From Wolbachia endosymbiont of Onchocerca ochengi (GTDB taxonomy: Bacteria; Pseudomonadota; Alphaproteobacteria; Rickettsiales; Anaplasmataceae), in assembly GCF_000306885.1 (NCBI RefSeq), contig NC_018267.1, positions 360,001-392,000 of the forward strand: a DNA stretch of 32,000 nucleotides, in the 5' to 3' direction. The notes below the pieces were generated by a model that saw only the letters and a list, made by a program, of their open reading frames with translations, ran no database searches and had not been told where the DNA came from. Below, piece after piece: positions 18,445 to 29,643 of the stretch. Both the position numbers and the translations under genes were made by a program. Each line of letters starts with the position of its first letter. Within the stretch, counting starts at the first letter, position 1.

Positions 18445-18744
18445 ATGTTCGCTGATCTATCTTTTACTTTAGTATTATGTCATTCTATATGTAAAGAGGC
18501 TAATCAACTGGGTAGATGTAATGGTTTTGATGCTAAGTTTGTTAAAAATTATGCTATTTAAGATAAAATTTTATTACAAAATAAAAGTATAAATAAAATT
18601 TGTGAAGGAAACAAAGTAAAAAGCCTTTTTAGAAAATATTCTCTTTATGCTATAAAATTTAGTCGATATATGATAGTTATGAATTTAATTTTGTTAAACT
18701 TTAATAAATTGAAAAAATATTTGCAAAGATGTTGCTTTTTGTAG
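18445..18744 (+). CDS. Hypothetical protein, 99 aa, possible N-terminal signal/TM segment (not in supplied ORF track)
   Basis: Manual translation: MFADLSFTLVLCHSICKEANQLGRCNGFDAKFVKNYAILDKILLQNKSINKICEGNKVKSLFRKYSLYAIKFSRYMIVMNLILLNFNKLKKYLQRCCFL*. A TTG 15 nt upstream would prepend (M)FVVF. Confidence 0.4.
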
Positions 18745-18772
18745 CTAGAGCACCTATAGTAGTAAATTTAAA

Positions 18773-19993
18773 ATGAGTTTTATGTTACAGAGAAAGTTTT
18801 TAGTATGGTTATTAGCATCACTCTTTTATGCATATCAATATATATTACGTGTAATTCCAAATGTAATCACACCTGGGTTAATGACAAAGTTTAATATAAA
18901 CATAGTTGATGTCGGTCAATTTAGTGGGTTATACTATGTAGGATATACATTAGCTCATATACCTGTTGGTCTTTTTCTTGATAGATCTGGGCCAAAGCTT
19001 ATTTTGCCTATATGCACTATTTTAACATTTGTTGGAACACTACCACTTATATATTTTGATGAATGGTATCCTTCAATTCTTGGTAGAATACTTGTTGGAG
19101 TTGGATCATCTGCTTCAGCAATTGGGATCTTTAAAGTTGCAACCATGTATTTCTCTCGAGAAAGATCAGCAAAAATGACTAGTTTATCTATAATAATAGG
19201 GTTACTGGGAGCTATTTATGGCGGATTACCTCTAGATTTCTTACTTAATAGCTTTGGTTGGGATTATGTTATATATGCTTTCTCAATAATTGGTTGTTTA
19301 CTCGCTTTGTTGTTATTTTTTGTAACACCAAATAATAATACACAAGAAGCTATAAATAGCAATATACTTCAAGATTTAAAAAGTGTACTTTGTAACAAGC
19401 ACATAGTTTTGATTAGTTTTTTTGGTAGCTTAATGATTGGTCCACTAGAAGGTTTTGCTGATGGCTGGGCAAGAACGTTCTTATGTGAAGTCTATCAGAT
19501 AACAGGAGATTTGGCATCTTTTCTTTCTTCTTTTATATTTATAGGTTTTGGAGCTGGAGCATTTTTTTTAGCTTTTTTACTAGAGAAGTATCCAAGTAGG
19601 CATTATGAAGTGATTATTACATGTTCTCTTACAATGATTATCAGCTTCATCTTACTTTTTATACAGGTTGGTGGTTTATATGTTGTGGTTCCTACACTTC
19701 TTATTATCGGCTTTGCATCTGGATATCAGGTAATTACCATTTACAAAGCAATAAGCTACGTAAGCAATAACTTAGTAGGACTAGCTACAGCTGTTTCAAA
19801 TATGATAATTATGATTTTTGGCTATTTTTTTCATATTGGGATTGCAAAAATAGTAAGTTTCTATTGGGATAGAACAGTAATACAAGGGAATCCTGTGTAT
19901 GGTCCTGAACTGTTGATAAAGGCAATATCAATTATTCCTGTATGCCTACTTTTGGCTGTTTTCGGTTTTGTGTGGTTAAGGAAACGTTCTTAA
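18773..19993 (+). CDS. MFS transporter
   Basis: 406 aa, about 12 hydrophobic segments; QFSGLYYVGYTLAHIPVGLFLDRSGPKLI, LGRILVGVGSSASAIGIFKVATMYF, GLLGAIYGGLPLDFLL. Confidence 0.9.
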   Translation: MSFMLQRKFLVWLLASLFYAYQYILRVIPNVITPGLMTKFNINIVDVGQFSGLYYVGYTLAHIPVGLFLDRSGPKLILPICTILTFVGTLPLIYFDEWYPSILGRILVGVGSSASAIGIFKVATMYFSRERSAKMTSLSIIIGLLGAIYGGLPLDFLLNSFGWDYVIYAFSIIGCLLALLLFFVTPNNNTQEAINSNILQDLKSVLCNKHIVLISFFGSLMIGPLEGFADGWARTFLCEVYQITGDLASFLSSFIFIGFGAGAFFLAFLLEKYPSRHYEVIITCSLTMIISFILLFIQVGGLYVVVPTLLIIGFASGYQVITIYKAISYVSNNLVGLATAVSNMIIMIFGYFFHIGIAKIVSFYWDRTVIQGNPVYGPELLIKAISIIPVCLLLAVFGFVWLRKRS

Positions 19994-20049
19994 AACTACT
20001 TGTAGATAGAGTGTATTTTAGTATTATTAAGCTTAACATGGTTTGATTT

Positions 20050-21327
20050 ATGGCAAGCGTTTCAGAGGAAGTTTTCATCTTTAAAAAGGGTTTAAGATTT
20101 TCTGATAGTGAAGTTTATCAATCTATAGAGAAAGAGTTGCAGCGTCAAAGGTCACAACTGCAACTGATTGCATCAGAAAATTTTGCAAGTAGAGCAGTAA
20201 TGGAAGCGCAAGGTTCTTTTCTAACTAATAAATATGCAGAAGGTTACCCAGGAAAAAGGTATTATTGTGGCTGCGAATATGTAGATGAAGTTGAAAATCT
20301 CGCCATAAAAAGACTTTGTAAACTGTTTGGTGTTAAGTTTGCAAATGTTCAACCTCACTCTGGTTCTCAGGCAAATCAAGCAGTGTTTGCTTCACTGCTT
20401 TCTCCAGGTGATGCAATACTTGGTTTATCATTAAGTTGTGGTGGGCACTTAACTCATGGTGCAACGCCGAGTCTTTCTGGTAAGTGGTTTAAGTCAATTC
20501 AGTATACGGTTAGACGAGATACTTATTTGCTCGATATGGATGAAATAGAAGAACTAGCGCTTGAGCATAAACCAAAATTAATAATAGCTGGTGCTTCTGC
20601 TTATCCAAGGAGAATAAACTTTAAGCGTTTTCGTGAGATTGCAGATAAGATTAGTGCATATTTACTTGCAGATATTGCTCATTATGCGGGGCTTATAGCA
20701 GTAGGTGAGTACCCATCACCTACTGAATATGCACATGTTATAACCTCTACTACTCATAAAACTTTACGCGGCCCTCGTGGTGGGGTAATAATGACAAATG
20801 ATGAAGTATTACATAAAAAAATTCAATCTGCAGTTTTTCCAGGATTGCAAGGTGGACCGCTTATGCATGTAATAGCTGCAAAAGCTGTTGCATTTAAAGA
20901 AGCATTAGCACCGGAGTTTAAAACTTATAGCAAAAAAGTTATTGAGAATGCTAAAGCTTTGGCTCAAGCTCTGAAAGAGTATGGGCTGAACATTGTAACT
21001 GGTGACACTGACTCTCATATGGTGTTAATTGACTTAAGACCGCAGAAATTAACTGGAAAAGGCGTTGTGGATAGCCTTGAGAGAGCTGGTATTATTTGCA
21101 ATAAAAACTCTATACCGTTTGATACAGAAAAAACGACTATTACTTCAGGACTGCGTTTCGGTACCGCTGCTGAAACAACACGTGGGCTTGAGGCGAAAAA
21201 TTTTAAAGAAATAGCTGAGCTAATAAATAAAGTAATTCAGGGATTAATTAGTGGAGATAGCTCAAATGTCGAAAAAGTAGTGAAAGACAAAGTTGAAAAG
21301 ATTTGTAATAATTTTCCTATTTATTAG
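20050..21327 (+). CDS. glyA: Serine hydroxymethyltransferase
   Basis: 425 aa; [37 protein letters not shown]-like, [30 protein letters not shown]-like ([14 protein letters not shown]), [10 protein letters not shown]. Confidence 0.98.
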   Translation: MASVSEEVFIFKKGLRFSDSEVYQSIEKELQRQRSQLQLIASENFASRAVMEAQGSFLTNKYAEGYPGKRYYCGCEYVDEVENLAIKRLCKLFGVKFANVQPHSGSQANQAVFASLLSPGDAILGLSLSCGGHLTHGATPSLSGKWFKSIQYTVRRDTYLLDMDEIEELALEHKPKLIIAGASAYPRRINFKRFREIADKISAYLLADIAHYAGLIAVGEYPSPTEYAHVITSTTHKTLRGPRGGVIMTNDEVLHKKIQSAVFPGLQGGPLMHVIAAKAVAFKEALAPEFKTYSKKVIENAKALAQALKEYGLNIVTGDTDSHMVLIDLRPQKLTGKGVVDSLERAGIICNKNSIPFDTEKTTITSGLRFGTAAETTRGLEAKNFKEIAELINKVIQGLISGDSSNVEKVVKDKVEKICNNFPIY

Positions 21328-21869
21328 TTGTGATGATATATATATTGCATCATCCTAATACAAATGTATAAGCTATATGGGATTGTGGTTTGTAGTTAAT
21401 TTTTATAATAGACAGTGTTTTTTAATACTTTTGATGATATCGCCTCAATATGTAATACTTGAATTTAAATAATGAAGATTATCTTTGTTCTATGGCTTAA
21501 CTATAAGATCTAGTTTTTGAAGTACTTAGATTCCAGTGTGTGATGCTGGAATGATAAAAAAAATACAAAAGTAAGTATTGTAATATGTAATCTAAGTTAA
21601 TTTACCAATCACTAGGAAAGTTAAATATTTTCGTTAATTGAAACCTCAAAAACTAGTTGGATATTATTTTTTTACAGAGCCTTACAATTTTCTGATTCTT
21701 TACGTTGACCTCAATTTTAACGATACTTTAAAACGTTGTGTTACTGCTAGGGTTCCTTTTACTTTTACTGCAGTACGTAAGTCTGTATTTTCTACCATAG
21801 CTTTTTTGTGAGTCTATGTTACTTACAAGATCTATTTCTAATGAGAGTTTTTGAGTACCTTTACATCTT

Positions 21870-22223
21870 TTTTCCTAAAATTATTTTTGCTTTTGTAGCG
21901 CTGAATAGTTAAGCAGCTGCATCTATAACTCCGTGGTAGTAAGCTTTTTTGCTACTTTTTCTGTAAGAACTAGTTTATCGGTTTTACTATTTTCTACAGA
22001 AGTAAATTTTTCAGAGCTGCACCTAAATTGTTTATATTATACTTTTTGTATAATACCATAATTAAGCTCTCTATTTGTTCTTCCTTTTCCTTCTATGTCA
22101 AGAGGTATATTTGTTTTGCTTACCTTATCTTTCAGGTTGTAATTTTAACTTTCCTAAATTTATTGTGCCAGTGATTTTATTTTGTGTTTTGAAAGCTGAA
22201 CCAGCTGTTACAACATTCTTCAT
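21870..22223 (-). pseudogene. Decayed coding remnant
   Basis: Minus-strand segments in shifting frames: MKNVVTAGSAFKTQNKITGTINLGKLKLQPER* (22223..22125), DKVSKTNIPLDIEGKGRTNRELNYGIIQKVYINNLGAALKNLLL*, EKFTSVENSKTDKLVLTEKVAKKLTTTEL*. Confidence 0.4.
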
Positions 22224-22689
22224 TAATTACAAAAACTATGAGATGCATGAAAAAAGCATAATTTTTATGAATGCTGAATTTTACATAAATTTTCTGAAGG
22301 CTTATTGTTTTAGAATTTTCCTCCTATTATCCAAATATGTAGCAGATTGTATTATAGGTTACTTTAACTAAAAGTATTAAGAAATTTGTTAAACAAAAAA
22401 GATAGAAAAACTTATTGATATTTATATTTATTTCTTTATTTATAGTATAACAATAAACTTAATATTGTGCTTATTGTTTCTAATTCTAAAATCTAGTTTG
22501 TATGTATGTTTCTAACAAAAGCTAGTTAGTAGACTTTATTACTTAAAGATGAGAAGCGAGGTTATTACTATTTCTAGTACGCTGTTGTTCTGTTGTTTTT
22601 TTAGTGGTGTATTTTTGAGAAAAAAATTAAGTGATTTATAGCAATAATAGTACAATCAGTAGTTTTTTCAGTAAGGGTTTAGGAGTGTA

Positions 22690-23394
22690 GGTTACAAAGT
22701 TGTCCTGTATACTTTAGTTTTTTTAATGCGGTTAAATTTTTTTAATGAAGCCAAACTTGTCTCAGGAGTAAGTGATAAGATTGCTGTTGTTTATTTATTT
22801 GATGGTGAGAATGTGAAAAAAGTTACGGGGTATATAAGCTAGAGGTAACTTTTATTGTGTTGTAAAATATAAAAGTTAATCTAAAATGCTAGAGCTAAAC
22901 TTGAAAAATATTACAGTTAAGTTTTCTGTTGATGATCATATAAATAAGATTAATCTGAATGAAGGAGAACTTTATTAGTATTAAACAGAAGATAACTCAC
23001 GTAGTTAATTCTAATCATGTGCTTGTACTAGTATATATTTCAGAAAATAAAATAAGCAAATAAGATAGAGCTGGGTAGTATAACTTAAATTAATTTGCTT
23101 AACAGAAGAGAATTAGAGTGTAGAAATATGCATAAATAATAGTGAAGCTATATTCTTGCGGGGAATTAACTATAGCGTAAGCCTACTTAGATGAAAAGTT
23201 TGATGTAAATCCATTCTTCAACTCTAGGATTAAATAATTATGGTATTCTTAATATAAGAACTGTTAATAACAGTAATTATGCAATATCTATACTAGTAGA
23301 AACTGTTGATTACAAAGGCAATGAAGTTTTGTTAATATTATATAACGGAGATAAACCTATAAAAATTAATAGTATTAGGTCGCTTGTCTGTTGA
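22690..23394 (+). pseudogene. Decayed coding remnant
   Basis: Plus-strand segments: EAKLVSGVSDKIAVVYLFDGENVKKVTGYIS*, MLELNLKNITVKFSVDDHINKINLNEGELY* (22886..22978), FISIKQKITHVVNSNHVLVLVYISENKISK*, IHSSTLGLNNYGILNIRTVNNSNYAISILVETVDYKGNEVLLILYNGDKPIKINSIRSLVC* (ends 23394). Confidence 0.4.
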
Positions 23395-23871
23395 TAAAGT
23401 TTAGCTTATATATATACTAAATTTCTTGTGTAGTTTTTACCTAAATGACGCCAGATAAAAATTACTTGCAATTTGATATACTTTGTGCCAGCTCCTTTAT
23501 CATAAGGATAATGGTATTCAATTGTCTTTAATTTTATGTAGATTGAACGATAAGAGCATTATGTAATTAGTTTTATATTTAATTTTTATGTTATATGTTC
23601 ATGTCTTTATTAGTTTCACCTTATATTCTTAGGTTTTTAAATTAAAATACACTATAATTTGTTTAAGATAATGTAGAACACCAATTTGCAAAGGTATAAT
23701 ATAAATGAGTAAACGACTGTCTGCTGCTAAGTTTCTTCTATCTTTTTTTGTTTAGGAAATTTCTTGAATATTAAAAGAATTTAAAAGCACGCAGTGTCAC
23801 AAAAAATACTAATATCATAATAAACAGTAAATTATCTTTCTTTGTTTAGTTAAAGTTATCTAGAGAATTTC

Positions 23872-24837
23872 TTAGCTGAAAAAGCTAACTATATTTTCTT
23901 TTACTTCCATGCTGTCTGTCATATTGTTTATTCTCATGCGAAATTCAGATGAATTTTTAAGCCCGATACTATACCAGCCTATATGCTTGCGGGCTATTTT
24001 CATTCCTGTATCCTTTCCGTAATACTCAAGAACACTATCGTAATGTTCAAGTATTATACTTAATTTTTCTAAGGCTGTTGGTTCGGAGATTTTGCTTCCG
24101 CTTATAAAATTCATTGCTTGATTAATCAACCAAGGTTTACCATAAGTACCACGACCTATCATCACTCCATCTGCTTCAGACTCTTTGAGAGCTCTTTGAA
24201 TATCGTTTAAATTTTTAATATCACCATTTACTATAACTGGAATTTTTACTTGCTCTTTGACGCTTCTAACAAATTTCCAATCTGCTTGGCCACTGTAAAA
24301 TTGTGCTCTTGTTCTTCCATGAATGGTTATCATTTTTACGCCTAGATCCTCTGCAATTTTTGCTAAACGTGGAGCATTACGACTTTCATTGTTCCATCCA
24401 GTACGCATTTTTACTGTAACTGGCACATTAACTGCTTTAACTGCAGCTTCAATTATTTCAGCGGCCTTTTTTTCATCACGCATTAGCGCTGATCCTGCGT
24501 AACCATTTACAACTTTTTTTACTGGGCACCCAAAATTTATATCTATGATTTTTACACCCATATCCACATTTAATTTTGCAGCTTCTGCAATCACATCCGG
24601 CTCATATCCAGCAAGTTGCACAGCAGTCAATTCATCAACTTTAGCTTTTTGCATACTTTTGCGAGTATGTATAATCATGGCTTTGCTTGCGATCATTTCT
24701 GAGACTAATAAACTTGCACCAAGTTTCTTTACAATACTTCTAAATGGGTAATCAGTTACCCCAGACATTGGTGCCAAAATTACCGGAGAATTGATTATTA
24801 AATTTCCTATTTGAAGGGGTATAAGGTTCTTTTTCAT
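23872..24837 (-). CDS. dusB: tRNA-dihydrouridine synthase (DusB family)
   Basis: 321 aa; [96 protein letters not shown]. Confidence 0.96.
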   Translation of the reverse strand: MKKNLIPLQIGNLIINSPVILAPMSGVTDYPFRSIVKKLGASLLVSEMIASKAMIIHTRKSMQKAKVDELTAVQLAGYEPDVIAEAAKLNVDMGVKIIDINFGCPVKKVVNGYAGSALMRDEKKAAEIIEAAVKAVNVPVTVKMRTGWNNESRNAPRLAKIAEDLGVKMITIHGRTRAQFYSGQADWKFVRSVKEQVKIPVIVNGDIKNLNDIQRALKESEADGVMIGRGTYGKPWLINQAMNFISGSKISEPTALEKLSIILEHYDSVLEYYGKDTGMKIARKHIGWYSIGLKNSSEFRMRINNMTDSMEVKENIVSFFS

Positions 24838-24933
24838 AATAACATAATGCTATGCCAACTTTTCTTTTCCTTTTTTGAAGTAGAATATAATTATGAGCTC
24901 ACATAACAGCCCATTTTTCAAATCTTCCTTCCA

Positions 24934-26121
24934 TTATTCATCTTTTATGAATGCTTCTGTAAATTCTCTTCTTTTCTTATTTAAATTAAATCTATATTTT
25001 GATAGCTCTTTATCAATTTCATCAAGTGGTTTGCCTTCACTGAGCTTTTGTGTAATTTTATGATCGTTTTCTAACGCAAATATTCCACAGTTACAACTGT
25101 CGTTTTGCTGCTTAATCGAGGAATTTACTATATCATTGCTCTCTATTTTTAAGATCTCTTCTAGTGCACTTACTATACTATTAGTGTTTATTGGAATGTT
25201 AACTAATTTATTTTTTTTGTTCCGGCGCATTTGTACTGTTTTTTTTGGACATCTTTACCCATTTCTTTTTTTCTTTGTGCATTTAGCTTTCACTAGCTTG
25301 CTTATTTAGGGGGTAACTAACTCATTTGCATTTTCTGTATTATTAAGTTGCTTACCAAAGCGGTGGTAGTTTAGCTCTAAAAGAATCACAATAATAGGCT
25401 CTAAATTATTTACTATTTGAATTGTATGCAACTACTAACGTAGCCCAATAACACTTTCCTAAGTTTATCATTGAAGTGAACGTTACTTTTTGATCTTTCT
25501 GTTCTGCCTTATTTTTATATTTTATCAATCTTTCATTAAAAGTCTCAAGGTTGCCAGGAGTACAAAGGGATATATAGTCATCTAAACTTTCTGAATAGTT
25601 ATATACAGCTCTTGCAATATGAGCAATATCATGTTGTTGTAACCAATAGGTATAATTTTCTCTATTTGTTTGATGTACAAGCGTTGGTAAATTTTCATAA
25701 AGTTCTTTACCATCTAAATCATTGTCCTTTAGAGTAGGAAAACTTATATAACTGCTGTTCTCTAAGCTATGTTTATTACCTGCTATAATACCACTATTCT
25801 CACTTGGAACTTTTTGCTTATTTTGATTTGCTTCTTTTTTACTAATAAAGCCTTTGATTAAGCTGTATAAAGTCTTGATATCATCTTGCATGTTACTGTA
25901 AAAACTACTCCTGTTACAACCTGAATTACAGGATGAGAAATTAACACAGTAAATGGTAAAGGTAAGAGAGGAAATTCTATTATCGACCTCAGATAAGCAA
26001 TAAGGAATGTAGCTGTCAGATATGTACCAGGAGCGTAGATAGCAAATCTCCCATTAGTTTTAAGCTTAGTGAAGTGAGTGCTTCCTTTGAACTTATTGTA
26101 TCTTTTTGTTATGGATAACAT
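24934..26121 (-). pseudogene. Broken Ulp1/C48-like (clan CE) cysteine protease gene with N-terminal hydrophobic segment (ORFs 25858..26121, 25406..25891, 24934..25230)
   Basis: Segments in order: ...IIEFPLLPLPFTVLISHPVIQVVTGVVFTVTCKM (hydrophobic), MQDDIKTLYSLIKGFI...ENYTYWLQQHDIAHIARAVY...VTFTSMINLGKCYWATLVVAYNSNSK*, FRAYYCDSF, then ...IKQQNDSCNCGIFALENDHKITQKLSEGKPLDEIDKELSKYRFNLNKKRREFTEAF. The order H(W)-D-Q-C(G) matches the clan CE layout but is interrupted by a stop and frame changes. Confidence 0.6.
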
Positions 26122-26270
26122 ATTAGTTCTACGGACACTAACTAAATTTTAATGAATTTTGAGAATAAGGTCAATTGTACTGATCTTAGCGTTTGTTAGT
26201 AATATGAGTAAAGATATTGAGTATTAAAGACTTTTGAGGTACAGTAACAATGTTGGTAGTAATGCAATAT

Positions 26271-27548
26271 ATGCATGACATAAGATATATACGAAAAAAA
26301 CCTGAAGAATTTGAGAAGATTATGAGGGAAAGAGGAATTAAAGAGTTTACCGTAAGAAAGGTATTAGAAATTGATCACGAAAAAAGATTATTGACCACTA
26401 AATTGCAAGATTTAAATAGGCAACTTAATGAAATTACAGAGGAAATAAAAAAACTTAAAATGAGCAATAGCCCTTGCGAAAAGCAAATAAAATTGTCAAG
26501 AAGTATTGCAAGTGAAATAAAGGTGATTAGCTTAAAGGAGCAAATAGAGAATGACAGGTTGGTGGATATCTTATTTAGTTTACCAAATATTCCTATGCAA
26601 GATATACCAATGGGTGAAGGTGAGAGTTCTAATTTAGAGATTAGAAGGTATGGAGAAAAAAGACAATTTGGTTTTATAGCAAAGTCTCATTATGAACTCG
26701 GGGAAGGGTTGAATTTAATGGATTTTGAACAAGCGACGAAAATTTCTAGGTCAAGATTTGTAGTGTTGAAAGGGAAATTAGCCAAGCTTGGACGAGCATT
26801 AATAAATTTTATGCTTGAAATGCATGTTAATGAATTTGGCTATACTGAAGTATATCATCCAATTTTAGTGAAGAATGAGGCGATGTATAACGTTGGCCAG
26901 CTGCCTAAATTTTCTGATGATTCATATTTGACTACCGATGAGTTAAGATTGATTCCTACAGGTGAAGTTGTTTTAACAAATTTAGTTACTGGTAAAATAA
27001 TAGAAGAAAAGGAACTGCCTATTCGTTTTGCTGCGTATTCAGAGTGCTTTCGTAAAGAAGCTGGCAGTGCAAGGCGGGATACAAGGGGTATGATAAGACA
27101 ACACCAATTTGGTAAAGTAGAATTGGTAAGTATCACAACTGAAAGCCAATCAAAAGACGAACTTGAACGCATGACGAGTATTGCTGAAGAGATATTAAAA
27201 AGATTAGAATTACCATATAGAGTGATGCTGCTATGTAGTGGTGATATGGGTTTTGCTGTGCAAAAGACTTATGACATAGAAGTATGGTTGCCTGGGCAAA
27301 ATAAGTACAGAGAAATATCAAGTTGCTCGAGTTGTGGTACATTTCAGTCAAGAAGAATGAATACTAAATATTCTTTAGAGGCTGATAAAAGGGTGAAAAA
27401 ATACGTTCATACTTTAAACGGCTCAGCCTTAGCTATAGGAAGGACGATTATTGCCATAATGGAAAATTATCAGAATTCTAACGGGTCGATTGCAATACCA
27501 AGCGTGTTGCAAAAGTATATGAGTAATGATACCGTTATAGACAGGTAA
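26271..27548 (+). CDS. serS: Seryl-tRNA synthetase (track start 26250; the Met at 26271 matches family N-terminus)
   Basis: MHDIRYIRKKPEEFEKIMRERG; class II motifs ELRLIPTGEVVLTNL, FRKEAGSARRDTRGMIRQHQFGKVELV, EISSCSSCGTFQSRRMN, NGSALAIGRTIIAIMENYQ. Confidence 0.97.
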   Translation: MHDIRYIRKKPEEFEKIMRERGIKEFTVRKVLEIDHEKRLLTTKLQDLNRQLNEITEEIKKLKMSNSPCEKQIKLSRSIASEIKVISLKEQIENDRLVDILFSLPNIPMQDIPMGEGESSNLEIRRYGEKRQFGFIAKSHYELGEGLNLMDFEQATKISRSRFVVLKGKLAKLGRALINFMLEMHVNEFGYTEVYHPILVKNEAMYNVGQLPKFSDDSYLTTDELRLIPTGEVVLTNLVTGKIIEEKELPIRFAAYSECFRKEAGSARRDTRGMIRQHQFGKVELVSITTESQSKDELERMTSIAEEILKRLELPYRVMLLCSGDMGFAVQKTYDIEVWLPGQNKYREISSCSSCGTFQSRRMNTKYSLEADKRVKKYVHTLNGSALAIGRTIIAIMENYQNSNGSIAIPSVLQKYMSNDTVIDR

Positions 27549-27583
27549 TGGTTTAAGTATGTGGAAAAACGAGGAAATTAAAG

Positions 27584-28855
27584 ATGAAGGTTCTAGTTGT
27601 GGGTTCTGGTGGACGTGAGCACGCTTTGCTTTGGGCTCTCAAAAAGTCTCCTATTTTAACTGAGTTGTATGTCGCTCCTGGACGAGCAGCTGTGAGAAAT
27701 CTTGGGGTTCTTGTGAACATAAATATTAAAAAACCAATTGATGTTACACGATTTTGCAAAAGAGAAAATATAAAGTTAGTTATCATTGGCCCAGAACAAC
27801 CAATAATTGATGGTCTTGCTAACAACTTAGTTGCAGAGGGAATAAATGTTTTTGCTCCAAGTCAAGCTGCTGCAAAACTTGAAGCGTCAAAATCCTTTAC
27901 CAAGATGCTGTGCAGGCAATATGGCATACCAACTGCTAAGTATGAGTGTTTTATTGATGAGGGATTAGCTAAAAACTTTATACTCAGCAATAAGATAAAA
28001 TTTCCACTTGTGGTAAAAGCAAATGGGATTGCTGCAGGGAAAGGTGTGATAATATGTAATAGAGAAAGCGAAGCTTTTGTAGCAATAGATTCGATGCTGG
28101 TAGAAAAGAAATTTGGTGAATCAGGTGAGGAAATAGTTATAGAGGAATTTTTAGTTGGGGAAGAGATAAGTTTTTTTGTTCTTGTTGATGGGTTAAAAGT
28201 AGTAACTCTTGGATGTGCGAAAGATTATAAAAGGGTTGATGAGAGTAATGATAGTCAGAATACTGGAGGTATGGGATCATACTCATCACCTTCGATGATA
28301 AGTAAGGATATGGAACAAAAAATTGTCCAAAGAATAATATACCCGACAATTCAAGCACTGGCTAATATGGGGACCCCTTATCGTGGAGTGCTTTTTGCTG
28401 GTTTGATGATTTGTAAAAATGACCCAAAACTTCTTGAGTATAATGTTAGATTTGGTGATCCAGAAATACAATCTATTTTGCCTAGATTTGATAAAAATTG
28501 TGATTTATTAAAATTGATGTTATCAGTTGCAGAAGGAAAATTAAGTTCCAAAATGGTGGAACTCACCAACAAAACTATAATTTGTGTAGTTGTTGCAAGT
28601 AAGGGCTATCCAGGTAATTATCAAACAGGAGAAGTAATTAAAGGGTTGGATAAAATTGAAAGCATTCCTGGTATATTGGTGTTTCATGCTGGTACTAAAT
28701 TGGATAAAAGTGGTAATTGGATTTCTGATGGTGGAAGAGTATTAAATGTAGTAGGAGAGGGGAATACTTTAGAGGAAGCTAAAAATAAAGTATATTCGGC
28801 GTTAAATTTTCTGCGATGGCCAGGAGGATTTTTCAGGTACGACATTGGTAGTTAG
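27584..28855 (+). CDS. purD: Phosphoribosylamine--glycine ligase
   Basis: 423 aa; MKVLVVGSGGREHALLWAL, IGPEQPIIDGL, VVKANGIAAGKGVIIC, LEYNVRFGDPEIQSILPR. Confidence 0.98.
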   Translation: MKVLVVGSGGREHALLWALKKSPILTELYVAPGRAAVRNLGVLVNINIKKPIDVTRFCKRENIKLVIIGPEQPIIDGLANNLVAEGINVFAPSQAAAKLEASKSFTKMLCRQYGIPTAKYECFIDEGLAKNFILSNKIKFPLVVKANGIAAGKGVIICNRESEAFVAIDSMLVEKKFGESGEEIVIEEFLVGEEISFFVLVDGLKVVTLGCAKDYKRVDESNDSQNTGGMGSYSSPSMISKDMEQKIVQRIIYPTIQALANMGTPYRGVLFAGLMICKNDPKLLEYNVRFGDPEIQSILPRFDKNCDLLKLMLSVAEGKLSSKMVELTNKTIICVVVASKGYPGNYQTGEVIKGLDKIESIPGILVFHAGTKLDKSGNWISDGGRVLNVVGEGNTLEEAKNKVYSALNFLRWPGGFFRYDIGS

Positions 28856-29643
28856 TATGTGCTTGTATATTAAAGATTAAAGTCAGGAATTTTGATTGTC
28901 TTTCTTAAGTGTATTTTGGTGTGCTGGATACATTATTCAAGTGGTAATGGAATTGGGAAAAAATTTATAAAAGCATCTAAATTAATTTTATTCAACTTAT
29001 GAAATTTTCTTAACATTTTAGGAATGTGTGTTTTTAGTGGAATAGAAAAATATGTAGGTAAAAAAGGGCAGAGAGAGAGTTAGAGACAAAATTATAATAT
29101 TATATATACTGTTGTGTAAGGTATTGAATAATATGGTGGGTAGTGAGCGTTAGATATATTTAAAGTCGATAAATCTAAGGGTAGATAAGCCTAAAAGGTA
29201 ATTAAGTATGAATATACTGGAGTATAAAATGAGGAGCTTATTGATGATGCTTTATTTATATTTAGGAAAAATGCTTGTGTTAAATTACTCTAAAAGAGGT
29301 AGAGATATGGAATTAAAGTGGAAAAAGTTTATAAACAGTGAAACCGGGAAATAATTTTAGCTAAGTCTTTATACACATCCTATATATAGGTAATAGCATT
29401 ATTTTTGTTATTGAGGGGGGGAATTATAATGGTTAAGGAAAAACTTAAAATATGCCTAACCTTAAGAAGAAAGGGTAAGAGAGTCAAATTACATTATGTA
29501 GAATTTCTGTCAACTTAAGCTAAATTAAGTTAGCCTACACCATATATTAGAGTTTTTGAGGAGGTCTCAATTTACTTACTCCATCATTTTCTTTATTATT
29601 GAGTATTGCTTTGAATAATATGATATAGAGGAACACGTTATCA

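Noticed and set aside
22075-22371. Plus-strand ORF of 98 aa (MFFLFLLCQEVYLF...)
   Set aside because: Hydrophobic low-complexity frame; the reverse strand carries the more convincing remnant.
29208-29354. Short plus-strand ORF (MNILEYKMRSLLMMLYLYLGKMLVLNYSKRGRDMELKWKKFINSETGK)
   Set aside because: Only 48 aa in an AT-rich gap with no recognised motif; not supported as a gene.
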